Below, piece by piece: positions 1 to 11,819 of a DNA stretch of 64,000 nucleotides. The translations under genes were made by a program, and so were the position numbers. Under the pieces are notes generated by a model that did not search any database, had not been told where the DNA came from, and was given only the letters and a program-made list of their open reading frames with translations. This DNA comes from Octopus bimaculoides (Eukaryota), in contig NC_068985.1 of the NCBI RefSeq assembly GCF_001194135.2, forward strand, positions 51,969,178 through 52,033,177. Reading direction: 5' to 3'. Numbering within the stretch: position 1 is the stretch's first letter; every line of letters starts with the position of its first letter.

Positions 1-53
<53 letters not shown>

Positions 54-199
54 ACACATACACACTCAGCTACCTACCTTCACGCTACAACACATACATA
101 CATACATACATACACTCATGCACACACATGTATATATAACTATGAGTATATATATAATATAACATTATATTTATATATTCTTTTATTCTTTTCTTTCAT

Positions 200-297
200 T
201 CTTTTACTTGTTTCAGTCATTTGACTGCGGGCATGCTGGAGCACCACCTTTAGTCAAGCAAATTGACCACAGGACTTATTCTTTGTACTTATTCTAT
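200..297 (-). mobile_element. SINE family A, 3' fragment
   Basis: Matches the family-A tail (cttttacttgtttcagtcatttgactgcgg..atgctggagcacc) seen in many copies in the window; runs into an N-gap. Confidence 0.75.
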
Positions 298-689
298 ANN
301 NNNNNNNNNNNNNNNNNNNNNNNNNNNNNNNNNNNNNNNNNNNNNNNNNNNNNNATACATACATACATACACTCATGCACACACATGTATATATAACTAT
401 GAGTATATATATAATATAACATTATATTTATATATTTATATAAGCCCACGCACTTATATGTACATGCACGCATACGTACCTACAAATACAAGTCTGTTTG
501 GAAATTCCTTTTTTTGAGCAGGCTGAGATTCTAATTACAACTATCATCCCTTAGCCACTCATACTTTACCAACTGGAGAGCTTAATTGAGCGATTAATAA
601 AACAGTCGATTAGTTAATTGGATAAATGGTTAAGCAATTGACTAATGATAATGAAACAAGTGAAATAGAACTACTGCATAATGAAGACA

Positions 690-892
690 GTGACCTGGCA
701 GAATCGTTACAACACGTACAAGGTGCTCGGCGGCAGTTCTCTCGGCTGTACGCCCTGAGTTCAAATTTCGCCGAAGCTGACTTTACCGTTAATCCTTTCG
801 AGATCAATGAAATAAGTACCAGCGGAACACTGGCGTTGATGTGATCGACTTACTCATTCTCTCAAGAATTTCAGGCCTTGTACCTATTGTAG
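690..892 (+). mobile_element. tRNA-derived SINE family C, diverged copy
   Basis: A-box-like tggcagaatcg, B-box-like gagttcaaatttc, central ctttaccgttaatcctttcgagatcaatgaaataagtaccag, and tail ending gccttgtacc, as in other C copies. Confidence 0.75.
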
Positions 893-1098
893 TGAGTAGA
901 AAGAGCTATTGGTATAATGACATCGAGATAAGACAAAAGATATATTGTGTTTGTAGCTTATTTCGAATAAGGTATATTACAGATGTTTCACCGAGGCCTA
1001 TTTGCTAATTCATCGACATTGATCTCGTACAACTGTTCATTACTTCACTGATTTATTCTGGTTAGATTTTAAAAATACATTATAGTAATATAACTCAC

Positions 1099-1221
1099 CT
1101 GTGCAAGTTCGTCCATCAGGGCTGAGGTAATATCCAGGCCTGCATAAGCACACATAACTCCCCTGGGTATTGATACAGAGCTGGTCACAAAGACGTTGGC
1201 TCTGTTTGCATTCATCGATGT
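1099..1221 (-). CDS. SCUBE: Calcium-binding EGF exon (EGF3) of the SCUBE-like gene
   Basis: Acceptor tcaactttag, donor GTGAGT; 123 bp, phase 1-1. Encodes (D)[40 protein letters not shown], in frame with the two upstream exons. The gene continues left of the window. Confidence 0.88.
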
Positions 1222-1489
1222 CTAAAGTTGACAAGAGAGACATTCAATACTCCAACGACATTAACAATGTTAAAAGAAGTGCAGAACTACATTACATTAG
1301 ACGCTTTAAAGACATGGGACTTATAGACTCAGGGGTGATTATGTGGACCAGGAGGTCGCTTTGTAACTAAATTGTTCAGGTGCTTGATCCACTGCGAATT
1401 AATGACCAATTCCAGAGTATTACAGGTGTTTCAAACACTGGACTATAATCACACGTGGCACTCATAGAGCTTGTGATGTGAAGTTGTGT

Positions 1490-1790
1490 GCCGCAGACAC
1501 TTACAATGCTGGTGACAGGGACACATACAGTGTTGGTGCACGGGACATATAGTATCGGTGACGTGGAAACATTCAGTTTGATGCACTGATACATGTGTTG
1601 GTGTATATAAACATGTAGTGTCATGAACGGACAGATGTAGTGTTGGGGTACAGATACATGGGTTGGTGACGCAGATACAAGTGGTGTTAGTGACAAAGAT
1701 ACGTACAGTATGGGTAGTGACATGGATACATATACCGTTGGTTATAGGACACATGTAGTGTCAGTGATAGGGCATATAGAGCAGTGCTAA
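1490..1790. repeat. Degenerate ~21-24 bp intronic minisatellite
   Basis: Recurrent unit similar to gtgttggtgacagggacacataca, repeated about 12 times with substitutions. Confidence 0.6.
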
Positions 1791-1816
1791 CAATCTGAAC
1801 TATATTTTTTGACTGG

Positions 1817-1850
<34 letters not shown>

Positions 1851-2127
1851 CAGCAGCCCTATCACAAATATGGGAACTGTACATCAAAGACAGCCTTTAG
1901 ATTTGTTTTTCCCTTATTTAACTTTCTCAGTATAAATATACTTATACTGAGCCTGCAATCACAGGGATATGTGACTGCCATGATGTCCGATATAGTCGAT
2001 AGGAGGTAGAAAGATCCAATATATAACGAGAGAAACAAGATATTAGTTGACGACCAATATTTTTCATATTTATTTTATATTTTATTTTATCATTTCAGCC
2101 ATTGCAAAGGAAAATACAGTTACAAAC

Positions 2128-2250
2128 CTTCGCAATTATGACCATCTTCTGAGAGTTGAAAACCTTCCATGCAGCTACAAGAGTAATTTCCCGGTTGGTT
2201 TTCGCACTTGTGTACACAGCCTCCGTTCTCTGTAGCACATTCGTCGACGT
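2128..2250 (-). CDS. SCUBE: Calcium-binding EGF exon (EGF2) of the SCUBE-like gene
   Basis: Acceptor ctttctccaatag, donor GTTTGT; 123 bp, phase 1-1. Encodes (D)[40 protein letters not shown] with the cbEGF consensus D-x-D-E-C. NGGCVH.C.N.PGNY.C.C..GF.L..DGHNC matches SCUBE EGF2 as recalled. Confidence 0.88.
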
Positions 2251-2309
2251 CTATTGGAGAAAGAGCAGTAAGAAATCCATCCGTCCCAGGATACGAATAA
2301 AACAATAAA

Positions 2310-2905
2310 CTGGTTGTTGTTGTTGTTGTTGTTATTGGTGGAGGTGGTGATGATAATGTGGATGAGAATGATGGTGGCGAGGGCGAAGGGGATAATGATA
2401 ATGATGATGATGATGGTGGTGATGATGTGGTGGTGGTAGTTATAATGATAATGGCGGTAGTGATGATGAAGGTGACGTTGGTGATGGAGGTAATGATAAC
2501 GATGATGGAGATGATGATGATGATTGTTATAGTGTTGGTAGTGGTGGTAGTGGTGATAATGATGATTATGATGATGATGACGATGACGATGGGCATGATG
2601 ATGATGATGATGATGATTGTTATAGTGTTGGTAGTGGTGGTAGTGGTGATAATGATGATGATGATGATGATGACGATGACGATGGGCATGATGATGATGA
2701 TGATGATTGTTGTGGTGGTAGTGAGGGTGGTGATTGTTATGGTGATGGTGATGATGGAAATAGCAGTGATAGTAACGGAGATCTTAAAGATGATGGCGAT
2801 GACGACGATAACTACGACGATGTTGATACTAGGAATAGCAGTAATGGTGGTCACGAAGATTACGACGAAGACTACGACTGCGACGATGATGATATGTAGA
2901 GGTAG
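2310..2905. repeat. Low-complexity (GAT/GGT/GTA)n trinucleotide tract with an internal ~90-bp duplication
   Basis: Direct reading; produces spurious poly-Met/Val and poly-Ile/Thr ORFs. Confidence 0.9.
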
Positions 2906-3042
2906 GATGTAAAATGGTCAGCAAATGCTGTTGCTGTTTAGGCATTGGTCATCCCAAATTCAGCAGACCAATGATCAAATACATTTCAGCTGTGACCTAT
3001 TTTTGTATATTTAGAACTAAAGTATCCATCTTCCGTTTTATA

Positions 3043-3552
3043 GGCGCAGGAGTGGCTGTGTGGTAAGTAGCTTGCTTACCAACCACATGGTTCCGGGTTC
3101 AGTCACACTGCGTGGCACCTTTGGCAAGTGTCTTCTACTATAGCCTCGGGCCGACCAAAGCCTTGTAAGTGGATTTGGTAGACGGAAACTGAAAGAAGCC
3201 CGTCGTATATATGTATGTATGTATATATATATATATNNNNNNNNNNNNNNNNNNNNNNNNNNNNNNNNNNNNNNNNNNNNNNNNNNNNNNNNNNNNNNNN
3301 NNNNNNNNNNNNNNNNNNNNNNNNNNNNNNNNNNNNNNNNNNNNNNNNNNNNNNNNNNNNNNNNNNNNNNNNNNNNNNNNNNNNNNNNNNNNNNNNNNNN
3401 NCCCCGTAACTTAGCGGTTCGGCAAAAAGAGACCGATAGAATAAGTACTAGGCTTAGAAAGAATAAGTCCCAGGGTCGATTAGCTCGATTAAAGGCGGTG
3501 CCCCAGCATGGCCGCAGTCAAATGACTGAAACAAGTAAAAGAGTAAAAGAGT
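3043..3552 (+). mobile_element. SINE family A, near full length (tRNA head, CORE-like segment, internal microsatellite, tail)
   Basis: Head ggcgcaggagtggctgtgtggtaagtagcttgc..ggttcagtc (A/B-box-like); CORE-like ctttggcaagtgtctt; (TA)n hidden by an N-gap; tail ending in (gagtaaaa)n. Confidence 0.85.
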
Positions 3553-3555
3553 AAT

Positions 3556-3896
3556 GGTAAAGAGCCCCTTCAGTCAAGGATGACCATGGGATTGCACCTT
3601 GAATGTTACCCTCTCAGGCACAAGTCCCGGCCAAAGTTGTTTATGGATGACCAGCAGTTGCCCATGCGTGCCAGCCTCCACTCTCCAAGCCACTGATGTT
3701 GTCCAAGGGAAAGGCAAAGGGGCCGATACAGTTTGGCACCATTGAAGTCATTACTCATTTCCACAGCTGAGTGAACTGGAGCAACGTGGAATAAAGTGTC
3801 TTGCTCAAGAACACAACACACAGTTCGGTCCAAGAATAGAACTCACTACCTCATGATTGTGAACCCTACACTAACCACTGAGCCATGCGCCTTCAC
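3556..3896 (-). mobile_element. tRNA-derived SINE family B
   Basis: Reverse complement has a tRNA-like head (ggcgcatggctcagtggttag..gagttc) then ttgagcaagacactttattccacgttgctccagttcactcagctg; homologous to the + copy at 41646-41965. Confidence 0.85.
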
Positions 3897-4003
3897 TCAA
3901 AACAGAGGGTGACTTCGGCATTTTCTGAATTCTGTTAGCATAGATAGCTAAGTGCGATTCAAGGTAATCTAGTTGCTATGTCTAACAGATCGATCGACTA
4001 CAT

Positions 4004-4285
4004 CAGTGGTCTCAACCATTTTTTTTACCTAGGGACCCGTTTGTTTACTACTTTTTTTCCGGTGGATATTCCATAACCATTCGATGCTTAAAAACTAGTT
4101 TCATAGATAATTCTTTCAAAGTTCTTATTTTGTTTTCCAAACATTCACTTGTGTAGTTTGAACCATGCAAAACGTTAGAGAAAGAAACAACACTTTTCGT
4201 GCAATAAATACATCTAAAACAAAATCTACCTAAAATCCTACCTTGGATCTCAAATCTACTATTTTGCTTGCATGGACGCCTCAGA
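4004..4285 (-). mobile_element. hAT-type MITE, partial; same family as 30149-30468
   Basis: Begins with TIR-like cagtggtctcaacc; the body is the reverse complement of the 30.1-kb element (shared aaaatagtagatt, ttagatgtatttatt, tttctctaacgtttt). Confidence 0.7.
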
Positions 4286-4289
4286 CATG

Positions 4290-4426
4290 CCCTCCCTCTT
4301 TCTCACCCTCTTTCTCTCTTTCACTCTCCTCCCCCCCCCCTTCACTCTCACTTTCTGTCTATCTATCTGTTCTTCCCCTCTCTGTGTGTCTCTTTCTCTT
4401 TTCATTCTTTCTTTATCTACTTCCCG

Positions 4427-4517
<91 letters not shown>

Positions 4518-4640
4518 TGTCTCTCTCTGTGTCTGTTTCTGTCTCTGTCTGTCGGTCTCCTCTCCCTCTCTCTCTCTTTCTCTCTCGGCTCGACTGTCTG
4601 TCTTTCTGTCTCTTCCCCCCCTCTCTCTCTGTCGTCTTCT
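4290..4640. repeat. (CT)n/(CTTT)n simple-repeat tract
   Basis: Direct reading. Confidence 0.95.
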
Positions 4641-5031
4641 CACTGTGTTTTAACTCCGGAATTACTTGGCGAGACTGAATATGGTTTTCCTATTTAACCT
4701 CATTAATTAACTCATTTACTCTATACTTATTACATAACCATTAAACCATATAATACCCCCATTATGAAGGCCCCTTTTCAAGAAAAAGCTGCCCGTCTCG
4801 TTGACTGATTACTGCTTCTGACTGGCTTGATTAGACATAAAGTCGACATTGGCTGGATATCAACCGAGCAGCGTGAAGCCAACGAACTAGATAACTGCTA
4901 AGCCAGTTTGCCCGCCTTACCATTAAGATGAGATTAACAAACAGGATAAACAAGCAGATGGAGTATAAAGACATAATTTCTGTGAAAAAAATTGGTCTCA
5001 CATGTTTCGGCGGCGATGGGGGTTTACTCAC

Positions 5032-5163
5032 CGTAGCAGATAATTCCGTTACCATAGAAACCAGATTTACATTTGCACTTGTAAGGTTTCCGTCCCGTTC
5101 TTCTTAAGTCAATGCAGATCGCATCAGTGCTGCAGTTATGCAATCCTTGACTGCACAGGTTAA
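5032..5163 (-). CDS. SCUBE: EGF-domain exon (EGF1) of a SCUBE-like secreted EGF-repeat gene
   Basis: Polypyrimidine acceptor (tttctttgtcgtag) and GTGAGT donor; 132 bp, phase 1-1. Encodes xNLCSQGLHNCSTDAICIDLRRTGRKPYKCKCKSGFYGNGIICY with six EGF-spaced Cys. Resembles SCUBE EGF1 (C..G.DDCH.DAIC...YKC.CKPGY.G.G..C, from memory). EGF exon is high confidence; the SCUBE name is about 0.6. Confidence 0.85.
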
Positions 5164-5271
5164 CTACGACAAAGAAACGAAGAAAGAAAAGAGGGAAATA
5201 ATGAATAAACAAACAAGAAATATGCAGAAAAATACACCTATCTATCTATCTATCTATCTATCTATACGATA

Positions 5272-5410
5272 GCCTTCTTTCAGTTAGAGTTTACCAAATG
5301 CATTTACAAGGCTTCGGACACGTTCCTAAGGTACCGTTTTGTGGAACTGAACCCGAGTTTACATGACTGGAAAGTAATTTCCTTAGCCACACAACCACGC
5401 TTGCTCCTAT
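5272..5410 (-). mobile_element. SINE family A head, diverged
   Basis: gccttctttcagtt..tttaccaaat..acaaggctt..ggaactgaaccc..ttagccacacaaccacgc is the reverse complement of the A head. Confidence 0.65.
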
Positions 5411-5495
5411 GATACAAAGCCATCTATTCTGTGAAAACGTATCGGTATATTTTTGCTTTTCATACATATATACATAAAGTAAAATCATCCTCCAC

Positions 5496-5544
<49 letters not shown>

Positions 5545-5587
5545 CACACACAAACACACACACTTTATATATATATATAAGCGTCAT

Positions 5588-5641
<54 letters not shown>

Positions 5642-5694
5642 ATGCTTCAACATTTTCTTTTTGACGCATTTACCACTTTTTTCAGTAACTTTCC

Positions 5695-5747
<53 letters not shown>

Positions 5748-5859
5748 TACGGAATATACACACACACACACGTGCGCACACATGCACACGCACACACATA
5801 TGTAGATACATATCTATGTATGTGTGTATCTTAGCGTGTATGTCTTTGTAACTGTTCCT

Positions 5860-6012
5860 CATACCGTTCGATAACCAGTGCTGGTTTGTTTACGTCTCAG
5901 TAACTTAGTGGTACGGTAAAAGACACCGAAAAATAAGTAGCAGACTTTAAGAAGATAATAAGTACTACGGTCGATTTGCTCAACTAAAATCCTGCTCTTT
6001 AAGGCGGTGCCC
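5860..6012 (+). mobile_element. SINE family A tail, diverged
   Basis: gataaccagtgctggtttgtttacgtc..taacttagtggt..ggtcgatttgctcaactaaa..aaggcggtgcccc. Confidence 0.65.
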
Positions 6013-6600
6013 CCAAATCCCTTTTTTCGTTCCAATGATTGGTACAAAATATAAAAAATAAAATGTAAATAAAAAGAACAACAACAACAAAAAAGAAAAG
6101 AAAAAGGAAGAATGAATAATGGTTTTTATGATTCCTTTTAGATCTTAGATAATTTATAGAAATGATAAATCTTCCTCAGGACTTTAATAATACTTATATT
6201 TATTTCATCTAAACTAGGAAGTATGAAAGTCAATGCTGATCTCCATGGAATTTGAATTCAGAACGTAATCCTTCTTTGCTTTTTCAGAAAATGAAAAAAT
6301 AATTTCACCATTCTATTTCTTTTTAGATTAGCAACAATTTCAGCTTAATAATAATACTTTGTTGGGTATATAAAATCGTAACTCCATGCAGGTATGATAT
6401 TATCGTATGTGGGACTTGCTACACTTTTGAAAAATGTTAAACCGTTGTACTACACTTTGACAGCTTTCATATTTTGGCATCTGGAGTAGCTGGAGATACG
6501 ATAGTTTGACCAAAAGAACAGGCTGTTGTAAGCAAAATGAAATATTGAAAAAAAAAAAAAATGCATGTAGCTAAATTTGGACATACGACAGTTTAACATA

Positions 6601-8160
6601 ATAGCAAAGAGGTACCCGACGTTGCCCGGGAATAAAGTTTTTCCTTATATATTGGAAGGAAAAAGCAAAATATGTTGTATAGAAAATTGGGAAATCAATT
6701 CTGAATTCATAATACAAAATAATAATAATAATAATGATAATAATAATAATAATATTAATAATAATAATAATGATATTAATAATAGTAATAATGATAATAA
6801 ACGAAAATACAAAATTTACCACTTTTATGATAGGAGATAAATTGTACTTCATATGCTGAAGGAAATTACGTAAGAGCTGGGTAAAAAACGTTCTTTGTTT
6901 TCTGGTTTGGAGCATAGACAAATAAGTCTTGCACACTATCTACCCTGGAGTAACCAACATAAAGGTGACCATGAGAAAAGCAAGCCAGTAGATTTCAAAG
7001 ACTGTTCTTGATCTTTACTAATAGACATTGGAAAACAAAGTCGCACTGGGAATTGCGTTCATTTGAACTCAAATGACATGCCTGTTGTTTTGATTGGAAT
7101 TCTTGGAATGAAAGACTCTTCCTCAGAGGCACATTCATTGATGATCGTAACTTCTGTCACATTAGGTGGTAATGTCTTCATAATCAACCTTGTCCCACTG
7201 CATAATATAAGAGGATCTGAATTTCTTAGAAGCATTATTGTAACTTCTACCTTCAGAAAAAGTTTATGTGGAAGACTTCCAGGTGGCTCAAAAGAAATAA
7301 GGAACTCTGCTGGGTAATGGACAGCTTGATTTTCACCAAGGACTGAATCAACTGATTTGTACTTATTAATGACTGTTGGAATATTATTCATTAATTCATG
7401 GTTAATCTTTGCTACTGTCTTATTTTTTGGAGCAAGAATTGCCTTTTCACACAACCATTTATGTGAATTATAATTATTACTAAAGTCTGGAAATACCCTG
7501 TTCTTCAATTCAGCTGGGGAATTCACCGTGATGGCAATAGGAGCCAAACTGATCTTACCTTTCCTATCAAACGGTACTTTCCAATTTCCTAGTTGGAGGA
7601 GCCAAGTTGAAAACTACTTTGCACATTGGTCCCCATGTAATAAAGGTCGTACATTCGTATTGAAGGAGAATTTCAGTACTTTATTCTATGCATGCTTTTA
7701 TTTCATCAGATCTTGATAGTCTCGGAATGACTAGTAATGTCTGTTTGAAATCTCCCGATAAAACAACTAATGTAACTCCTCCCATAGATTTATTGTTGCT
7801 TCTGATGCCCTGTAAGGTCTTAGCAAGAGCTTCCATTGCACCTCTAGGTGACATGGTGCACTCATCCCAAATGATGAGGTGGCATTAGCACAACACTTCT
7901 GCTGAACCTGAATCTTTGCTTATGTTACAAATTGAGCTGTCACTTGTGACCAGGTTTAGTGGTAATTTAAAAGCAGAATGAGCTGTTCGTCCTCCTGGGA
8001 GAATGATGGCAACAAAGCCAGACAATGGTACGGCAACTGCAATTCTTTTTTGTTATCTTCCCTTGGAGAGAAGCAATCGTACAAATGTTTTACCTGTGCC
8101 ATCAGGAGCATCAAGATAGAAAATTCCTCGGCATTTTTCTGGCGATTGTGGAACACCGCA
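6601..8160 (-). mobile_element. Helitron 3' portion: decayed PIF1-family helicase of RepHel plus terminal hairpin
   Basis: Frameshifted minus-strand segments give Walker A LDAPDGTGKT, GGRTAHSAFKLPL, Walker B LIIWDECTM, LSGDFKQTL, AILAPKN, YPAEFL..PGSLPHKLFLKV..IMLLRN and FIPRIP, ending LFVYAPNQKTKNVFYP (stop about 6866). GC hairpin cccgggcaacgtcggg (6615-6630) lies about 11 nt before a CTAT end (CTRR-like). Confidence 0.88.
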
Positions 8161-8162
8161 CG

Positions 8163-8217
<55 letters not shown>

Positions 8218-8274
8218 NNNNNNNNNNNNNNNNNNNNNNNNNNNNNNNNNNNNNNNNNNNNNNNNNNNNNNNNA

Positions 8275-8470
8275 TCATGATGACGACGACGAAGACGATG
8301 GTAAAGGAGGGGGAGGAGGAGGAGGAGGAGGAGGGGGAGAAGAAGAGGAAAGGGAGCTAATGAAGAAGATGATGCTACTCTACTGCCATTGCTGCGGCTG
8401 CTACTGCTACTGCTGATGGTGAGGTTGATGATGATGACAAGCATGAGGAAGAAGAAGAAAGTAAGAAGAT

Positions 8471-8509
<39 letters not shown>

Positions 8510-8865
8510 CGACGACGACGATGACGTCGACGATGAAGTAGAAGGAGGTGCAGGTGGAGGAGGAGAAGCAGAGGAAAGGAAGCGATGCTGCTTTTACTGT
8601 TGCTGCTGATGATAACGACAAGCTTGTGGAAGAAGAGAAGATTGATGATGATGATGATGATGACGACGACGACGACAACGACGATGACAATGACGATGAT
8701 GATAACGGCGACGACGACGATGATGATAAAGGAGATGGTGGTGGTGATGGTGGTGGTGGTGGTGGTGGTGATGGACGGGCTATTGCTGCTGAAAATGATA
8801 ATGAGGATGATAGTGGTGATGGTGGTGATGGCGATGACGATGACATCAATGACCACCAGTAGAAG
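8275..8865. repeat. Low-complexity (GAT/GAC/GAG/GGT)n trinucleotide tract
   Basis: Direct reading; source of the poly-Asp and poly-Ser ORFs. Confidence 0.9.
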
Positions 8866-11819
8866 GGCGGCTACACATACATTGCTATATTAAATTTCTA
8901 ATATAAATATAACTGCAATGTAAGAATAGATTTCCAGAGGGCAGCGTAAATATTGTGTGTGTGTGCTTATATGCATATATACGTATACATATATATGTAT
9001 GTATACACACACATACATATATATACACATATATGTACATACATATATATGTATATACATATCTGCAAGACCTTATATTTATAAACGTTCTAAAATCCTT
9101 CACAGCCTTGGATTTTTTTCTCATTCTGTTAATCTTTTATATATACACATGCTGATATATGATCCAAGTTGGACTCCTCATTCGCATAATCACCGACCCT
9201 AGAGCTTGACTATAGTCTGTCCATAGTACTTACTCAGCATTACCTGACACCTTTGGGTCTTCTTGACACCATTACCTCTCATAACCTCAATATATATATA
9301 TNNNNNNNNNNNNNNNNNNNNNNNNNNNNNNNNNNNNNNNNNNNNNNNNNNNNNNNNNNNNNNNNNNNNNNNNNNNNNNNNNNNNNNNNNNNNNNNNNNN
9401 NNNNNNNNNNNNNNNNNNNNNNNNNNNNNNNNNNNNNNNNNNNNNNNNNNNNNNNNNNNNNNNNNNNNNNNNNNNNNNNNNNNNNNNNNNNNNNNNNNNN
9501 NNNNNNNNNNNNNNNNNNNNNNNNNNNNNNNNNNNNNNNNNNNNNNNNNNNNNNNNNNNNNNNNNNNNNNNNNNNNNNNNNNNNNNNNNNNNNNNNNNNN
9601 NNNNNNNNNNNNNNNNNNNNNNNNNNNNNNNNNNNNNNNNNNNNNNNNNNNNNNNNNNNNNNNNNNNNNNNNNNNNNNNNNNNNNNNNNNNNNNNNNNNN
9701 NNNNNNNNNNNNNNNNNNNNNNNNNNNNNNNNNNNNNNNNNNNNNNNNNNNNNNNNNNNNNNNNNNNNNNNNNNNNNNNNNNNNNNNNNNNNNNNNNNNN
9801 NNNNNNNNNNNNNNNNNNNNNNNNNNNNNNNNNNNNNNNNNNNNNNNNNNNNNNNNNNNNNNNNNNNNNNNNNNNNNNNNNNNNNNNNNNNNNNNNNNNN
9901 NNNNNNNNNNNNNNNNNNNNNNNNNNNNNNNNNNNNNNNNNNNNNNNNNNNNNNNNNNNNNNNNNNNNNNNNNNNNNNNNNNNNNNNNNNNNNNNNNNNN
10001 NNNNNNNNNNNNNNNNTATATATATATATATATATATATGCATTTATACATATCTGTGTGTGCGTGTGTGTGTGACCGCGAATATGTATACACTGAATAT
10101 TTACACGCTGTTATTCATAACTTCATCTATTTCAAGAATATATGTTGTGTATTTGAGTAAGTTGCAACTTTTCACATTGTTCCCGTGTACTCAGCAGAAA
10201 TGAGTTTAATGGTGCAACTATCTCCTCTCCCCTTCCAGCTATCACATCCTGAATGTGCTATTTGATGAAAGCTGGGAGGACTGAGATAATGTCAATGTTT
10301 TCTAGCAACTTCATAGTCATCTAAAACAATTAACGAACTCATAGTACATGCAACCAAATCTTCTTAATTGTAAATATAAAATTTAGAAAGGCGAAAAAAT
10401 TTCTACAGAGGACATTGAATCAAGAACGGTTCTAATCAATTTTACTTCTAGTCAAGCAAGATATAAACCTATATATAATTTACAGAGTCGTATCAAACGC
10501 ACATTTCAAATTCAGTCACTGACGCATATAACAAAAAGTAGATTATCATTCAAACTACAAGATAAACAACCAAGTGTTGAGAAATCTTCTTTTGTATAAC
10601 GTATCAAACTGGACTACTGATATCTAAATTACTGTTCTTTTAAAAACCATAATTAAAATTTGCGAAAAGAAAAAACAAAAAACACAACGCGAAACTGCGG
10701 AAACCAACAAATCAGCAAAAAAAAAAAATGTATTAAAAAAATAATTTTACACTTTAACAAAAAATATTGACAGTAACACTTTGAAACAATACTAATACAG
10801 TAAAAGAATGACTTGAATCACCTAACTCATGAAGGGAGTAGGGAATGATCTTACAGTTTGGTGTTCACGAGTATTATAGATTTATAACTAAACCTTTATT
10901 TATAGCAACTATAACTAAGCTATAATATAACTAATATAAAAGAGAAAAAAATTGAATTATTGATGCTTGTTCGATAAACGATGATACAAAACGATAATTT
11001 TATATGAATGAAAAATTCTCAACTCATCTCATGTGAGGTTAATATGGGTGTAGACGATTCAGCCAAGGATAGTGATATGGTAGGTTTGTATCGACTGTGA
11101 AAGCTAAAAAAATATGTTCCAAATGATGGAAAATCCTTATCGAGTCAAGAGTAAGCTACTTCTAAGCAATTTCAACTGATAAAAGTTGAACCAAATAAAA
11201 AAGGGTTTTTCTAAAAACGTTTTTGGTAGTTGGTGCTCTTCAGTCAAATGTTTGACGTCACATCCATCTCCTCGGACTGCAAGATTATCAAGTTTATCTT
11301 CTTTGCCTTCTCATACCACAAAACTACACCCAGCCTCAGGGTTGTCTGGATAACCCTGGAAGAACCGTAACTTTTTTTTCCCAGTTGTACATTCATATCC
11401 CATGACTGGGTCTTTTGTAATAAACTGAATCCACCAATCATTTAACGAAGCAATATTTAGGTGCAGAAATATAATCCTTTAAATCACACACACACGCGCG
11501 TGCATAGATACATACCAGGTGAGGGAATATAGTAACACTGACTATGAATATGAACAATATGGCTGAAGGAAACTATTTAGGAAAACGTCCGGTATAGTAA
11601 ATATAAATACAGTAAAATCTCACGCACCATACTGCAAATTAGAAATTTTAACGCGACGAGACACTCTGTTGGGGTAGGCTAATATGGGAACTCGATTTGA
11701 GTGGATAGTGAACTGAAAACAGCTCAGAAATAAGATCATATCCAGGACTTCTATACGGACTCTCTGCTGTTATTGTTGTTATTTACCTCCAAATCGGATC
11801 TAATCCTGCAGAGCTATGT

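Noticed and set aside
2120-2912. Long ORFs (244 aa minus, 184 aa plus) with poly-Ile/Thr or poly-Met/Val
   Set aside because: Artefacts of a stop-free trinucleotide tract; only 2128-2250 has splice signals and EGF content.
8548-8862. Poly-Asp acidic ORF that looks like a biomineralisation or acidic protein
   Set aside because: Lies wholly in a (GAT/GAC)n microsatellite with no splice sites or signal peptide.
9253-10203. Long X-rich ORFs here and at 13.5, 17.5, 25.3, 31.5, 50.4, 52, 56.3 and 62.8 kb
   Set aside because: They span N-gaps and are not real reading frames.
11244-11441. 65-aa ORF and an adjacent frame (KDPVMGYECTTG..GYPDNPEAGCSFV)
   Set aside because: May be a decayed retroelement piece, but I cannot match a diagnostic motif, so I leave it unannotated.
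11519-11575. Hydrophobic minus-strand stretch (ILFIFIVSVTIFPHL) before a GTATGT donor
   Set aside because: No upstream Met (in-frame stop) and phase 0, incompatible with the phase-1 EGF1 acceptor.
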